A stretch of 64,000 nt of DNA from an uncultured Planctomycetaceae bacterium (lineage in GTDB: Bacteria > Planctomycetota > Planctomycetia > Planctomycetales > Planctomycetaceae), in assembly GCA_963813715.1 (NCBI GenBank), contig CAWFAK010000005.1, positions 160,001-224,000 of the forward strand, given 5' to 3'. Each line of letters begins with the position of its first letter. The stretch's first letter is position 1. Shown here piece by piece: positions 33,937 to 43,490 of this stretch. The notes below the pieces were generated by a model. That model searched no databases, was not told where the DNA came from, and saw nothing but the letters and a program-made list of their open reading frames with translations. The position numbers and the translations under genes are program-made.

Positions 33937-36189
33937 ATGGACCGTTCCCAGTCAGTGTCCCGACCCGAGGAACAAGCGACCGGGAGCCGCGCGACCAACG
34001 GCGGCTCGACTCCGGGAGAGGCAGTCCCGATCGCCCCGGCCGACGGCAGCGCGTTCCGCATCCTGGCGGCGTCGAGCCTCGCCGACGAACGAACGCGCGT
34101 GCTCAAGCACGGCGACACGTTCGGCGTCTTCGATCACTACGGCGACATCAAGCCGGGCGGCCTCGGCGAAGAAGGCCTCTATCACGACGGCACGCGATTT
34201 CTCTCGGGCCTCTTGCTCGACCTGGAAGGCGGCCGCCCGTTCTTCCTCAGCTCGACGGTGCGCGACGAAAACGATCAGCTCCGCGTCTCCCTCACCAATC
34301 CCGACTTTCTCGACGAACGCCTGGTGCGGCTTCCGTTGGGCACGCTCGAGGTTTCGCTGACGCGTTTTCTCTGGAATGGCGTCTGTTATCAGCAATTGCA
34401 GATTCGCAACTACGGTCTGCAGACCGTCGAGACGTCGATGGGTCTGCACTTCACCGCCGACTTCGCCGACATCTTCGAAGTGCGCGGCATGCGCCGCAAA
34501 GCGCGGGGCGAGGATTTGCCGCCGGTCGTCGACGGGCAGACGGTGGTGCTGGCGTATCGCGGGCTCGACGGCGTCGTGCGGAAAAGCCGGCTGCATTTCG
34601 ACGTCGCGCCGACACGGCTCACCGCATCGTCGGCCCATCTGGAGCTGACGCTGAAGCCCCAGCAGGAGCGGACGCTGTCGCTCTCGGTCGCCTGCGAGAT
34701 TGAAGGCCGCCCGCCCCGCGTGCTGCGGTTCGAGGAAGCCCGCGGCGAGGTCGAAGCCGATCTCGAACGGTTCTCCGCCTGGTCGTGCCACCTGGGAACG
34801 TCGAACAGTCAGGTCAACGCCTGGATCAACCGGGCGGTGGCCGACCTGCACATGCTGACGACCGAGTTGCCGAGCGGACCCTATCCGTATGCCGGCATTC
34901 CCTGGTTCAACACGCCCTTCGGCCGCGACGGAATCATCACCGCGCTCGAGTGCCTGTGGATGCGGCCCGAGCTCTCGCAGGGCGTGCTCGCGTATCTGGC
35001 ATCGTCCCAGGCCACCGAAGTGCTCCCGCAACAGGATGCCGAGCCCGGCAAGATTCTGCACGAAACGCGGCGCGGTGAAATGGCAACTCTTCGCGAGATG
35101 CCTTTCGGCAAATACTACGGCAGCGTCGACGCGACGCCGCTCTTCGTGCTCTTGGCCGGCGCCTACTACGAGCGGACGGCAGATCGCGCGTTCATCGAGA
35201 AGCTGTGGCCGCACATCGAGGCGGCCCTGGGCTGGATCGAGCAGTACGGCGATCCCGACGGCGACGGGTTCATCGAATATCACCGGCAAGCGACCGACGG
35301 CCTGGTCCATCAGGGCTGGAAAGATTCGGACGACGCCGTGTTTCACGCCGACGGCACACTCGCCGAGGGGCCGATCGCACTCTGCGAAGTGCAGGGCTAC
35401 GTCTATGCCGCGTGGCGGGCCGGCTCCGCGCTGGCGGCCCTGTTGGGCCAGCCGCACCGAGCGGCCGAACTCGCCCATCGGGCGGAGAAATTGCGCGAGC
35501 AGTTCAACCGGGCCTTCTGGTGCGAAGACATCGGGACCTACGCGATCGCGCTCGACGGCCGCAAACAGCCGTGCAAAGTCCGCACGTCGAACGCCGGCCA
35601 GTGTCTCTTTACGGGCATTGCCGACCCGCAACATGCCCAGCATCTGGCGCGGACGCTGCTCGCGCCGGAATCGTTCTCCGGCTGGGGTGTGCGGACCGTC
35701 GCTTCCACCGAGCGGCGCTATAACCCGATGAGCTATCACAACGGCTCGATCTGGCCGCACGACAACGCACTCATCGCCTACGGTCTGTCCCGCTACGGGC
35801 ACCAGGAGCGGGCGCTGCGGATTCTGGCGGGGCTGTTTCAGAGCGGACGTTATTTCGAGCTGCAGCGAATGCCCGAGCTGTTTTGCGGCTTCGTCAGAGA
35901 CCCGGGCGCCGGGCCCGTGCTCTATCCGGTCGCCTGCTCGCCGCAAGCCTGGTCGGCCGCGTCGGTCTTTCTGCTGCTGCAAGCCGCGCTCGGCCTGGAG
36001 ATCAACGGCCCCGAAGGGCAGCTCAGCCTCACCCGGCCGACGCTACCGACGTTCCTCGAGGAGCTGCGGATCCACAACCTGCAAGTGGCCGGCGGCAGCG
36101 TCGATCTGCTGGTCGTCCGTCACGATCAGGACGTCGGCGTGAACGTGCTCCGTCGCGAAGGCAACGTGCAGATCCTCGTGGTGAAGTAA
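33937..36189 (+). CDS. Amylo-alpha-1,6-glucosidase-like glycoside hydrolase (GDE N-terminal domain plus alpha/alpha barrel)
   Basis: LKHGDTF, AGIPWFNTPFGRD, EPGKILHE, YYGSVDATPLF, QGWKDS, YHNGSIWPHDN, RMPELFCG, ACSPQAW. Confidence 0.92.
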   Translation: MDRSQSVSRPEEQATGSRATNGGSTPGEAVPIAPADGSAFRILAASSLADERTRVLKHGDTFGVFDHYGDIKPGGLGEEGLYHDGTRFLSGLLLDLEGGRPFFLSSTVRDENDQLRVSLTNPDFLDERLVRLPLGTLEVSLTRFLWNGVCYQQLQIRNYGLQTVETSMGLHFTADFADIFEVRGMRRKARGEDLPPVVDGQTVVLAYRGLDGVVRKSRLHFDVAPTRLTASSAHLELTLKPQQERTLSLSVACEIEGRPPRVLRFEEARGEVEADLERFSAWSCHLGTSNSQVNAWINRAVADLHMLTTELPSGPYPYAGIPWFNTPFGRDGIITALECLWMRPELSQGVLAYLASSQATEVLPQQDAEPGKILHETRRGEMATLREMPFGKYYGSVDATPLFVLLAGAYYERTADRAFIEKLWPHIEAALGWIEQYGDPDGDGFIEYHRQATDGLVHQGWKDSDDAVFHADGTLAEGPIALCEVQGYVYAAWRAGSALAALLGQPHRAAELAHRAEKLREQFNRAFWCEDIGTYAIALDGRKQPCKVRTSNAGQCLFTGIADPQHAQHLARTLLAPESFSGWGVRTVASTERRYNPMSYHNGSIWPHDNALIAYGLSRYGHQERALRILAGLFQSGRYFELQRMPELFCGFVRDPGAGPVLYPVACSPQAWSAASVFLLLQAALGLEINGPEGQLSLTRPTLPTFLEELRIHNLQVAGGSVDLLVVRHDQDVGVNVLRREGNVQILVVK

Positions 36190-36193
36190 TTCG

Positions 36194-36306
36194 AGAGCCG
36201 CGCACGCAGTAAGCGGTGTCTTTTTTTGTTTCGCCTTCTGTCTTTCCGGTGCATCGCCCGAGCGCTTAGAAAGACAAAGGCACCGCTTACTGCGTGCGCG
36301 GCTCTT
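36194..36306. repeat. Inverted pair of family C repeats between convergent genes
   Basis: AGAGCCGCGCACGCAGTAAGCGGTG ... CACCGCTTACTGCGTGCGCGGCTCT. Confidence 0.85.
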
Positions 36307-36517
36307 TTGGGGCAATCCACCAGCGTCGCACGGCGACGATCGACCAGACGCCCTCCACCAGTCCAAACGGCCACGCGCCTTGGAGGAATCCGTAAATGGA
36401 CCCCAACACGCAGGATCCGGCAAAGGCCAGAATGAACCAGCGGCTTCGTGCCTCTAACGCATAGCAGGTCATCATGGCCGTGACGGCGAAGAGGCCGAAG
36501 ATCGTGAGTGGCTCCAC
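36287..36517 (-). CDS. Small membrane protein (76 aa)
   Basis: Hydrophobic; YALE..W..AFA..C..YGFLQGAWPFGLVE.VW; its stop codon lies in the repeat. Confidence 0.75.
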   Translation of the reverse strand: MEPLTIFGLFAVTAMMTCYALEARSRWFILAFAGSCVLGSIYGFLQGAWPFGLVEGVWSIVAVRRWWIAPKEPRTQ

Positions 36518-36574
36518 TGACGAGGGCTCTCCCGTGGGTGAACGCGGAGCGACGGCCGGCTCCGATTCGCTCGC

Positions 36575-37924
36575 TCAGAGGCCGTAGCGTTTGCGCTTGC
36601 GATACAGCGTGCTGGGGTCGATGCCCAGGACCGTCGCCGCTTCCTCCATCGTCGGCGTTTGGGCCAGCACGCGGCGAATGTGTTCGGCCTCGAGCTGCTC
36701 GAGCGTCACCGCGCTGCCGAGGGCGAGCGTGCTCTCGGGACCGCGGGCGCCGATCTGGGCCGGCAGATCGGCGAGTCCCACTTCGCGATCGCGGGCGAGA
36801 ATGACACCGCGTTCGACGGCATTTCGCAGCTCGCGGACGTTGCCGGGCCACGGGTGCTTGAGCAGGGCGGCCCGCGCTTCTTCGGTGAACTGCAAGATGG
36901 GCTTGCCCGACTGCCGGGCGAAAAACTGCAACAGGTGCGTGGCCAGCGGCAGGATGTCGTCCGGGCGCTGCCGCAACGACGGCAGCGTGACGTCGATGAC
37001 GTTGAGCCGATAGAACAGATCTTCGCGAAACGTGCCGGCGGCCACTGCCTCTTCGAGCTTGTGGTTGGTGGCGGCGATGATCCGCACGTCGCTCGAGCGC
37101 GTCGACGGTTCGCCCACCCGCTCGTAGCGTTTTTCCTGCAACAGCCGCAACAGCTTGGGTTGCAGGGTGAGCGGGAGGTCGCCCACTTCGTCGAGGAAGA
37201 GCGTGCCCCCCTCGGCCGCCGCCACTTTGCCGACCGCGTCCTGCACAGCGCCGGTGAAGGCGCCGCGGACGTGGCCGAAGAGTTCGGTTTCCAAGAGTTC
37301 CGTCGACAGGCTCGGACAGTGCACGGTGACGAAGGCCGCGGCCGAACGGGAGCTGCGGGCATGAATGGCCCGCGCGACGACGCCTTTGCCCGTGCCGCTT
37401 TCGCCGCGGAGGAGGATCGTGGCCTCGGTGGCCGCCGCGCGGAAGGCCATGTCGAGACACTGCTGCATGGCGGGCTGGCGGGTCTGCAAGTCGGCCTCGG
37501 GCACGACCGACCGGACCTGTTCCTCCAACTCTTCGACGTGCGACTGCAGCTGGTGCAGACGCCGCACGCGATCGAGCACGGCCCGCACCTGTCCGGGCGT
37601 GAACGGCTTGGGCAGGTAATCGGCGGCGCCCAACCGCATGGCTTCGACGGCCGTCTCGATCGTGGCGTACGCCGTGATCACGATGACGGCCAGCCCGGGC
37701 GCCAGCTGCAGAAGCGCGGGCAGCAGATCGAGCCCTTGTTCGCGCCCCAACCTCAGGTCGAGAAACGCGACGTCGAATTGATGATGGGCCAGGAGATCGC
37801 GGCCCTGCGTGGCCGTGCCCGCTTCGAGTACGCGATGGTCCATCGTCTCCAGGGCCATCCGCAACGATTTGCGCAGGCTCTGTTCGTCGTCAATCAGCAG
37901 AATGTTCACGAATCGCGGCTCCAA
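36575..37924 (-). CDS. sigma54-dependent response regulator (NtrC/AlgB-like; receiver, AAA+, Fis HTH)
   Basis: LIDDE, FLDLRL, PKPF, GESGTGK, GAFTGA, FLDEVGD, WPGNVRELRN, LGIDPSTLYRK; start approximate. Confidence 0.96.
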   Translation of the reverse strand: MEPRFVNILLIDDEQSLRKSLRMALETMDHRVLEAGTATQGRDLLAHHQFDVAFLDLRLGREQGLDLLPALLQLAPGLAVIVITAYATIETAVEAMRLGAADYLPKPFTPGQVRAVLDRVRRLHQLQSHVEELEEQVRSVVPEADLQTRQPAMQQCLDMAFRAAATEATILLRGESGTGKGVVARAIHARSSRSAAAFVTVHCPSLSTELLETELFGHVRGAFTGAVQDAVGKVAAAEGGTLFLDEVGDLPLTLQPKLLRLLQEKRYERVGEPSTRSSDVRIIAATNHKLEEAVAAGTFREDLFYRLNVIDVTLPSLRQRPDDILPLATHLLQFFARQSGKPILQFTEEARAALLKHPWPGNVRELRNAVERGVILARDREVGLADLPAQIGARGPESTLALGSAVTLEQLEAEHIRRVLAQTPTMEEAATVLGIDPSTLYRKRKRYGL

Positions 37925-38077
37925 GCCTGCAACGTCTTCCCAGCCATCATAGAGCGCAAGGTCGCAGGAGTCGCATTCCTCGTACCTGTCGGCATAACGC
38001 CGACAAAGCGAACCAGAAGTGATTCAGCTTCAATCACTTGGATCAAAGCGCGCGTCGGGCTCCAAACGGCTCATCGC

Positions 38078-38112
38078 CGTGCAGTTCGCCCGGCTGCCGT
38101 GCGAAATGCAAG
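38078..38112. promoter_or_regulatory. Tandem enhancer-like sites between the regulator and the porin
   Basis: CGTGCA-GTT-CGCCCG (38078) and CGTGCG-AAA-TGCAAG (38098), 20 nt apart. Confidence 0.5.
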
Positions 38113-38339
38113 ACCAGCGCTGCTCTGGAGTTAGCGCGGGACGAACGCGTCGACGACGACGAAACTTTGCGGCGTGCGGCGGACGATACTACTGCCGTCG
38201 GATTGCTCCCAGGGATGCGAGCAGCCGGCAATGCTTCGCGCCACCGGGCATTTGGTCTCGGTCTCTGCAGGCAATTTAGCGGAATCGATTTGCCGCTCCC
38301 TTCGGGAGACGCGGCAAACGCAGCAAGGATGCGACTCTT

Positions 38340-40031
38340 ATGATCACGGGTTTTGTCCTGGGACTTGCGCTGGGCGCAACCGGCCAGGTGCCGCTGAATC
38401 AATTGCAAGTTTTAGGTGCGCCGAGCCCGGTGCAAACCGCGCCGGCTTTGCCCGCGAACGCCTACGCGAGCTTCGACGCGGGCCTCGGCTATCAGCCCGT
38501 GCCTCCGCCTCCGAATCCCGCTTCGCAGGGACCGCTACCGGGCTCGCCCCCGGGCACTCCCGGAGGGCCGCCCGCACCAGCACCGGCCGCGGCTCCGTGT
38601 GCCCCCGGCGATACGAGCGTCCGGCCCGATTGGATGCAGCCCGGTTGTTGCGGGGCGTGCTGGCTCGACGGCGATTGTTGGTGCACGCGCTTCTTCAAGC
38701 AGTACTACGACGCGTTTAATCCCTCGGGTGACACGCCCGACGAACCGCCGGCCCCGCGCCGCGCCCTTCCTGAATCGTGGCCGTCGCCCCCGTTCCCCGG
38801 GCACGAATTCCAGGGCTATCCCCTGGTTGGCGTGCCGGTCTCGCCCCACAGCGGGGATCCGTTGATGGCCTCACTCAAGGGCACGTGGCTGGGCAACTGG
38901 CTCAACGACAACAAGATCGACATCTACGGCTGGGTGACCGGCGAATACAACTACAGCACGTCGCAACACAGCAACCAGCCCGACTCTTACTGGATCGTTC
39001 CCAATCGGGCTGAGGTCGACCAGGCCGTGCTGCGTTTCGAGCGGCAGGCCGATATGGTCCAGACCGACCACATCGACTGGGGTTTCCGCTTCACAAACCT
39101 CTACGGCATCGACTACCGCTACTTGACGGCCGGCGGCTACTTCAGCCAGCAATCGCTGCAGGAGAACTATCTGTACGGCTACGATCCGACCGAAATCTAC
39201 GGCGAGATGTACATTCCGTGGGTTGCGCAGGGCATGGTGATTCGAGTCGGCCGCTGGATCGCCTGCCCCGACATCGAAACGCAGTTTGCGCCCGACAACT
39301 ACATGGGCAGCCACTCGCTGTTGTTCACTTACGACACGTACACGCAGTCCGGCATCATGCTCACGTTCTGCTTGAGCGAGCAATGGATGTTCCAGTGCGC
39401 GATCACGGCCGGCACCGACATGGCCCCTTGGTATCCCGGGGCGACTCCGACCGGCTTCTTCGGCCTGCGCTGGGTGTCGAAAGACAACCGCGACTCGATC
39501 TACACGTGCCTCAACAACATCAATAACGCCAAGTTCCGGACCTTCGAGGAGTACGGCGAACTGGTCGGGCACGACAACTTCAACTACGTCGTCAGCACGT
39601 GGACCCACAAGTTCACCGACAGCGGCAGCATCCACACCAACACCGAAGCCTATTACATGTGGCAGTTCGACGCGCATGTGGGCGGCACCTCGAGCGTCGC
39701 TCCGGTCGACAGCTTCGGCGGCGGCGGACTCGGCGCGCTCATTCCAGGCGATGCCGCAGCTTACGGCGTGCTCAACTACACCGAGTTCCAGCTCTCGAAG
39801 AAAAGCTTTCTCTCGGTCCGCAACGAGGTCTGGGAAGATCAGAAGGGCGAACGAACGGGCTTCGCGAACCTCTACTCCAGCCACGCGATCGGCATCAGCT
39901 ACAACGTCAATCCCTTGTGGCAGATCCGCCCTGAGTTCGGCTATTACCGAGGCTATTACCAACGGGCCTTCGACGACGGCAACGCCATGGGCGAGTGGAT
40001 CGTCGGATTGGATACGACGTTGCGATTCTAA
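38340..40031 (+). CDS. Outer-membrane beta-barrel protein (DUF1597/BBP2-like porin)
   Basis: Signal peptide, Pro-rich linker, IDIYGW, DWGFRFTNLYGIDYRY, IRPEF, C-terminal TLRF. Confidence 0.85.
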   Translation: MITGFVLGLALGATGQVPLNQLQVLGAPSPVQTAPALPANAYASFDAGLGYQPVPPPPNPASQGPLPGSPPGTPGGPPAPAPAAAPCAPGDTSVRPDWMQPGCCGACWLDGDCWCTRFFKQYYDAFNPSGDTPDEPPAPRRALPESWPSPPFPGHEFQGYPLVGVPVSPHSGDPLMASLKGTWLGNWLNDNKIDIYGWVTGEYNYSTSQHSNQPDSYWIVPNRAEVDQAVLRFERQADMVQTDHIDWGFRFTNLYGIDYRYLTAGGYFSQQSLQENYLYGYDPTEIYGEMYIPWVAQGMVIRVGRWIACPDIETQFAPDNYMGSHSLLFTYDTYTQSGIMLTFCLSEQWMFQCAITAGTDMAPWYPGATPTGFFGLRWVSKDNRDSIYTCLNNINNAKFRTFEEYGELVGHDNFNYVVSTWTHKFTDSGSIHTNTEAYYMWQFDAHVGGTSSVAPVDSFGGGGLGALIPGDAAAYGVLNYTEFQLSKKSFLSVRNEVWEDQKGERTGFANLYSSHAIGISYNVNPLWQIRPEFGYYRGYYQRAFDDGNAMGEWIVGLDTTLRF

Positions 40032-40295
40032 ACCCGACGGGGAAACCTGCGCGACCGTCGGCAGCTTTCGGTCGGAAGGGGCACTCCCCCACTTCGGCCG
40101 AAAGCCTTTTTCATTCGAACCCGCTGCGTCGGTCGCAATGCAAATTGCCTGGATCGGCCGGGCGATCTCATGCAAAATCACCTGTCCGCAACTGGGCGCA
40201 TGCTTCTTGAATGCGCTGGCGGTGGTCGCCCGTGAGAACGAAAGTGTCTCACGCATCATTGCTTAGGTCACGCGTCGGACACGCCGCCGCTCGCT

Positions 40296-40311
40296 CGGAA
40301 TGGCGTTTGCC
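40296..40311 (+). promoter_or_regulatory. Possible sigma54 -24/-12 promoter
   Basis: CGGAATGGCGTTTGCC (GG-N10-GC with TTGC), 115-160 nt downstream of TGCA-AAT-TGCC / TGCA-AAA-TCAC sites at 40137-40183. Confidence 0.45.
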
Positions 40312-40452
40312 TTTCTGGACGCCGGACCGGTGGTGAAGGTTCTGGCGTCGAGCCGAACGGGTCAGGTCCCTGGTCTGGATTGAAACCGCTATCGGCCGCG
40401 CGCGAAATCTGACTCGCGAGAAGCGCGGCGCCGAACTGAGACGACGACACAA

Positions 40453-40689
40453 ATGATCTCGCGCCTGCACGATGCGAGGCTGGCTGGGGCTGGCATCAAT
40501 GCTCTCGTTTCCGGAATGCTCGAGAAGACCGGCGACACCTGCGCGCTTGACGATCCTTCTTCCCAGCATTCCGGCGATGAGCCGACTTACAAGGCTCCCG
40601 TGAGCGCGAACGACGCCCGCCGCCATTCCGAGCGACTCGCGTCGTACATCGCGGTGTTTTTCGGATGGCGCCAAGCGGCCGGGTCTTGA
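40453..40689 (+). CDS. Possible small hypothetical protein
   Basis: 78-aa ATG ORF directly downstream of the candidate sigma54 promoter; no recognisable motif. Confidence 0.3.
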   Translation: MISRLHDARLAGAGINALVSGMLEKTGDTCALDDPSSQHSGDEPTYKAPVSANDARRHSERLASYIAVFFGWRQAAGS

Positions 40690-41594
40690 GGTCGCCGCTT
40701 CTTTCCATGGGTCTCATGTCGAGGCGATTGAGGTCACGGACCAGTGCCGCGGGGCTCCCGCCCGCAGAGTGGTGAGGATTTCGATGAAGCTCTACAGCGT
40801 GCACTTTTCCTCATGGCACGATTTGTACTACGTCATTGAGACGCAGTCCGATCGCGGGCGCGTCGTCTATGCGAATGCCTGGCGAATGTGCGCCCAGTAC
40901 GTGGCCGAGCGCCTTCAGTGCGAGCAATCTCTGGGGGACGCGGCGGGAACATGCCCTGACATCCAAGAACATGCTCGCGACGACTCAGCCCAATGCCCTC
41001 TATCGGTGCTCGGCGACGGACGCTATCCGTCCACGCCCGTTTGGAAGGGTTGGGCGAGTTTTACAGAGTCGCTTTCTCCGGCGCTTTCGCCGGCGCGTGA
41101 CTCGCCTGCTGCCGCGCTCTCTGCGAGGAGGTGATGTTCGCACAGCACGCGAAGTGCGCCCGCTCATCGAGTCGCGGTGCTAATTGATCAGCGGCGGCCT
41201 GGCGCAAAGAGACGCCGCCGAGACGCGCTGCTCCCGCTGAAGTTCGCGGGCGAAGTCCGTGACTCCGCCAAGTCCGCTGGTAATGACGCTCCTCCCGACG
41301 GGGGCGCCTTCCCCGAGCACCAATTGGAATCCTGGCCCGACGACTCGACCTAAGCCGAGGACGACAACCCATTCACCAGATCCAAAGTGTCGAGCAGAAT
41401 CATTGAGCAGCAGGCTTCCTCAATGAGTCTAGCGAATTTCGCGGATTCGTGAGCCCGCCGTTCGCAGCGTGAAAGGAACACGCACCCGGGAAATCTTGTC
41501 GCTCGAGGCCCTGGGGCGTACCGTTGAGACTGTGACTGTGGGCCGCGCCGCGTGACTTCCGGGGATCTCGAGCCCGATTTAGAGGAGCCGGTCG

Positions 41595-42287
41595 ATGCCG
41601 CATCAAGCACTCTCAACCCAGGAGATCCACACACTCTTCATTGAGGAGATCTCGGACGCGGGCGGTGTCGGTTCGGACACCTTTGACGACGGCCAGTGGC
41701 TCTTTTGTCGTTCCATCCTGCCCTGGCTTGCCGATGTGCGACCTCACGACGAAATGAAAGGCGGCGTGGCGCTGAGGGCAACGGACTGCGAGATCGCGAT
41801 TCATCCCTACTTGTTCCGCACGGTTTGTCGGAACGGCGCAATCATGGCGCACGCGATCGAGACGCGACGGGTCGAGAACTCCGACTTTCGATTGCGCGAA
41901 GAGGTGACCGGAGAGCTGCGAGAAGCCCTGCGCACCTGCTGCGGGGAAGAGGTGTTTACGGACGCTGCCCAAGAAGTTCGGTTGACGGTTCACCGTGAGG
42001 CTGACTTGGCCCTCATGATGTTGCCCTTCATCTCGCGTCTGCCGTCCCCGGCGGGACTCGAAATCTTGAGGCAAATCGCCTCGCGATTCTTCGAGGATCC
42101 GGCACGCTCACAATTCGCCCTGGCGAATGCCGTGACGTCGGTGGCGCGAGATACCCGCGATCCGGAACTGCGTTGGCGGTTGGAGGAGTTCGGCGGAGGC
42201 CTGCTGACAGCCCGCACGCCCTCGCCGTCGTTTGATCCCAGTCAGGCGCACGCCGCGTTGTCTGACGAGTGCGTGATCAGCACCTGA
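41595..42287 (+). CDS. DUF932-like hypothetical protein
   Basis: AGAGGAG RBS; LFRTVCRNG and ANAVTSVARD..LEEFGG motifs reminiscent of DUF932/DUF945. Confidence 0.65.
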   Translation: MPHQALSTQEIHTLFIEEISDAGGVGSDTFDDGQWLFCRSILPWLADVRPHDEMKGGVALRATDCEIAIHPYLFRTVCRNGAIMAHAIETRRVENSDFRLREEVTGELREALRTCCGEEVFTDAAQEVRLTVHREADLALMMLPFISRLPSPAGLEILRQIASRFFEDPARSQFALANAVTSVARDTRDPELRWRLEEFGGGLLTARTPSPSFDPSQAHAALSDECVIST

Positions 42288-42305
42288 GCTGCGCCAGCGC
42301 GGATC

Positions 42306-43247
42306 TCATTCGGCCACGAGCGCGTCGACGAATGTGTCGGCATCGAAAATTTCGATGTCGTCAATCTTTTCGCCGACGCCCACGTACTTGACCGGAATGC
42401 CCATCTGCTGGCGAATGGGAACGACGACGCCTCCCTTAGCCGTGCCGTCGAGCTTGGCTAGCACGATGCCCGTGCAGCCGGCCGCTTCGGCGAAGCTTTT
42501 CGCCTGGCTCAGGCCGTTCTGGCCGGTGGTGGCGTCGATCACCAGCAGGCACTCGTGCGGCGCGTCGGGGATTTTTTTGGAAACCACGCGGCGAATCTTG
42601 GCCAGCTCGTCCATCAAGTTTTTTTGCGTCTGCAGTCGGCCCGCCGTGTCGATGATCAGCACGTCGCAGCCTGACGTGAGCGCCCGCTCGCAGCCGATGT
42701 GCGCCACGCTGGCCGGATCCGATCCGGCGGGCTGCGTGACGATTTCGCAGCCCAGCCGCTGGCTCCACATGGTGAGCTGCTCGACGGCCGCCGCGCGGAA
42801 CGTATCGCCGGCCGCCAACAGCACCTTTTTGCCCCCCGTCTGCAGCAGCTTGGCGAGCTTCGAGATGGAGGTCGTTTTTCCCGAGCCGTTGACGCCGGCC
42901 ACGAGGATCACCGTGGGTCCGCTCGCCGACTGCTTGATGGGCGAGAGCGGATCGTTCGGATTCCAGGCGGTTTGCTGCGTCCCCTTGAGGATGCCCTTGA
43001 GCTTGTCTTTGACGATGCCCCAGACGGCGTCGTTGACGACCGTGCGGCCCATATATTGTTTGCGCAGCTCGGTGACGATTTCGTCGGCCGCCTTGACCCC
43101 CAGGTCGGCCTGCACGAGCCGCGACTCGAACCGCTCGAGCTTGGCCTCATCGAGGATTTCGCCCACCTTGAAGATGTCGCGGACGTCGGTCTTCAGGAGC
43201 TGATGAGTTTTTTTCAGCCCCTGCTTGAGCTTGTCGAACAACCCCAT
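42306..43247 (-). CDS. ftsY: Signal recognition particle receptor FtsY (short form)
   Basis: GVNGSGKTT, DTFRAAA, DTAGR, DATTGQN, AKLDGTAKGG, GVGE. Confidence 0.97.
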   Translation of the reverse strand: MGLFDKLKQGLKKTHQLLKTDVRDIFKVGEILDEAKLERFESRLVQADLGVKAADEIVTELRKQYMGRTVVNDAVWGIVKDKLKGILKGTQQTAWNPNDPLSPIKQSASGPTVILVAGVNGSGKTTSISKLAKLLQTGGKKVLLAAGDTFRAAAVEQLTMWSQRLGCEIVTQPAGSDPASVAHIGCERALTSGCDVLIIDTAGRLQTQKNLMDELAKIRRVVSKKIPDAPHECLLVIDATTGQNGLSQAKSFAEAAGCTGIVLAKLDGTAKGGVVVPIRQQMGIPVKYVGVGEKIDDIEIFDADTFVDALVAE

Positions 43248-43368
43248 CGCCGCACGTCCTCGTCAGCCTGCCCGGTCTTCGTTGCGCATCACATGTCTCG
43301 CGCGAGAATCATACGGGCAGGGAGAAGGGGGCTCAACTAACGGGCGAACGGCCGGGCACCAAATGTGG

Positions 43369-43490
43369 GAATGACGAAGCACGAATGACGAAAGAATGAT
43401 CGAATGACTAAAGCCCGAATAAGTGCCCATTCCCGAAGAATTCGTGCTTCGGGCTTCGTGCTTCTTTCGTCATTCGTGCTTCGTGCTTTT
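43369..43490. repeat. Heptamer-array palindromic element (family A), copy 2
   Basis: AATGACGAAGCACGAATGACGAAAGAA ... TTCTTTCGTCATTCGTGCTTCGT. Confidence 0.85.

Noticed and set aside
32540..34360. 606-aa extended GT4 overlapping the glucosidase gene
   Set aside because: The tail is Arg/Ser/Ala-rich off-frame sequence; a frameshift near the true C-terminus is more likely.
40814..40828. sigma54 promoter TGGCACGATTTGTAC
   Set aside because: The -24 element is good but the -12 GC is missing at the required spacing.
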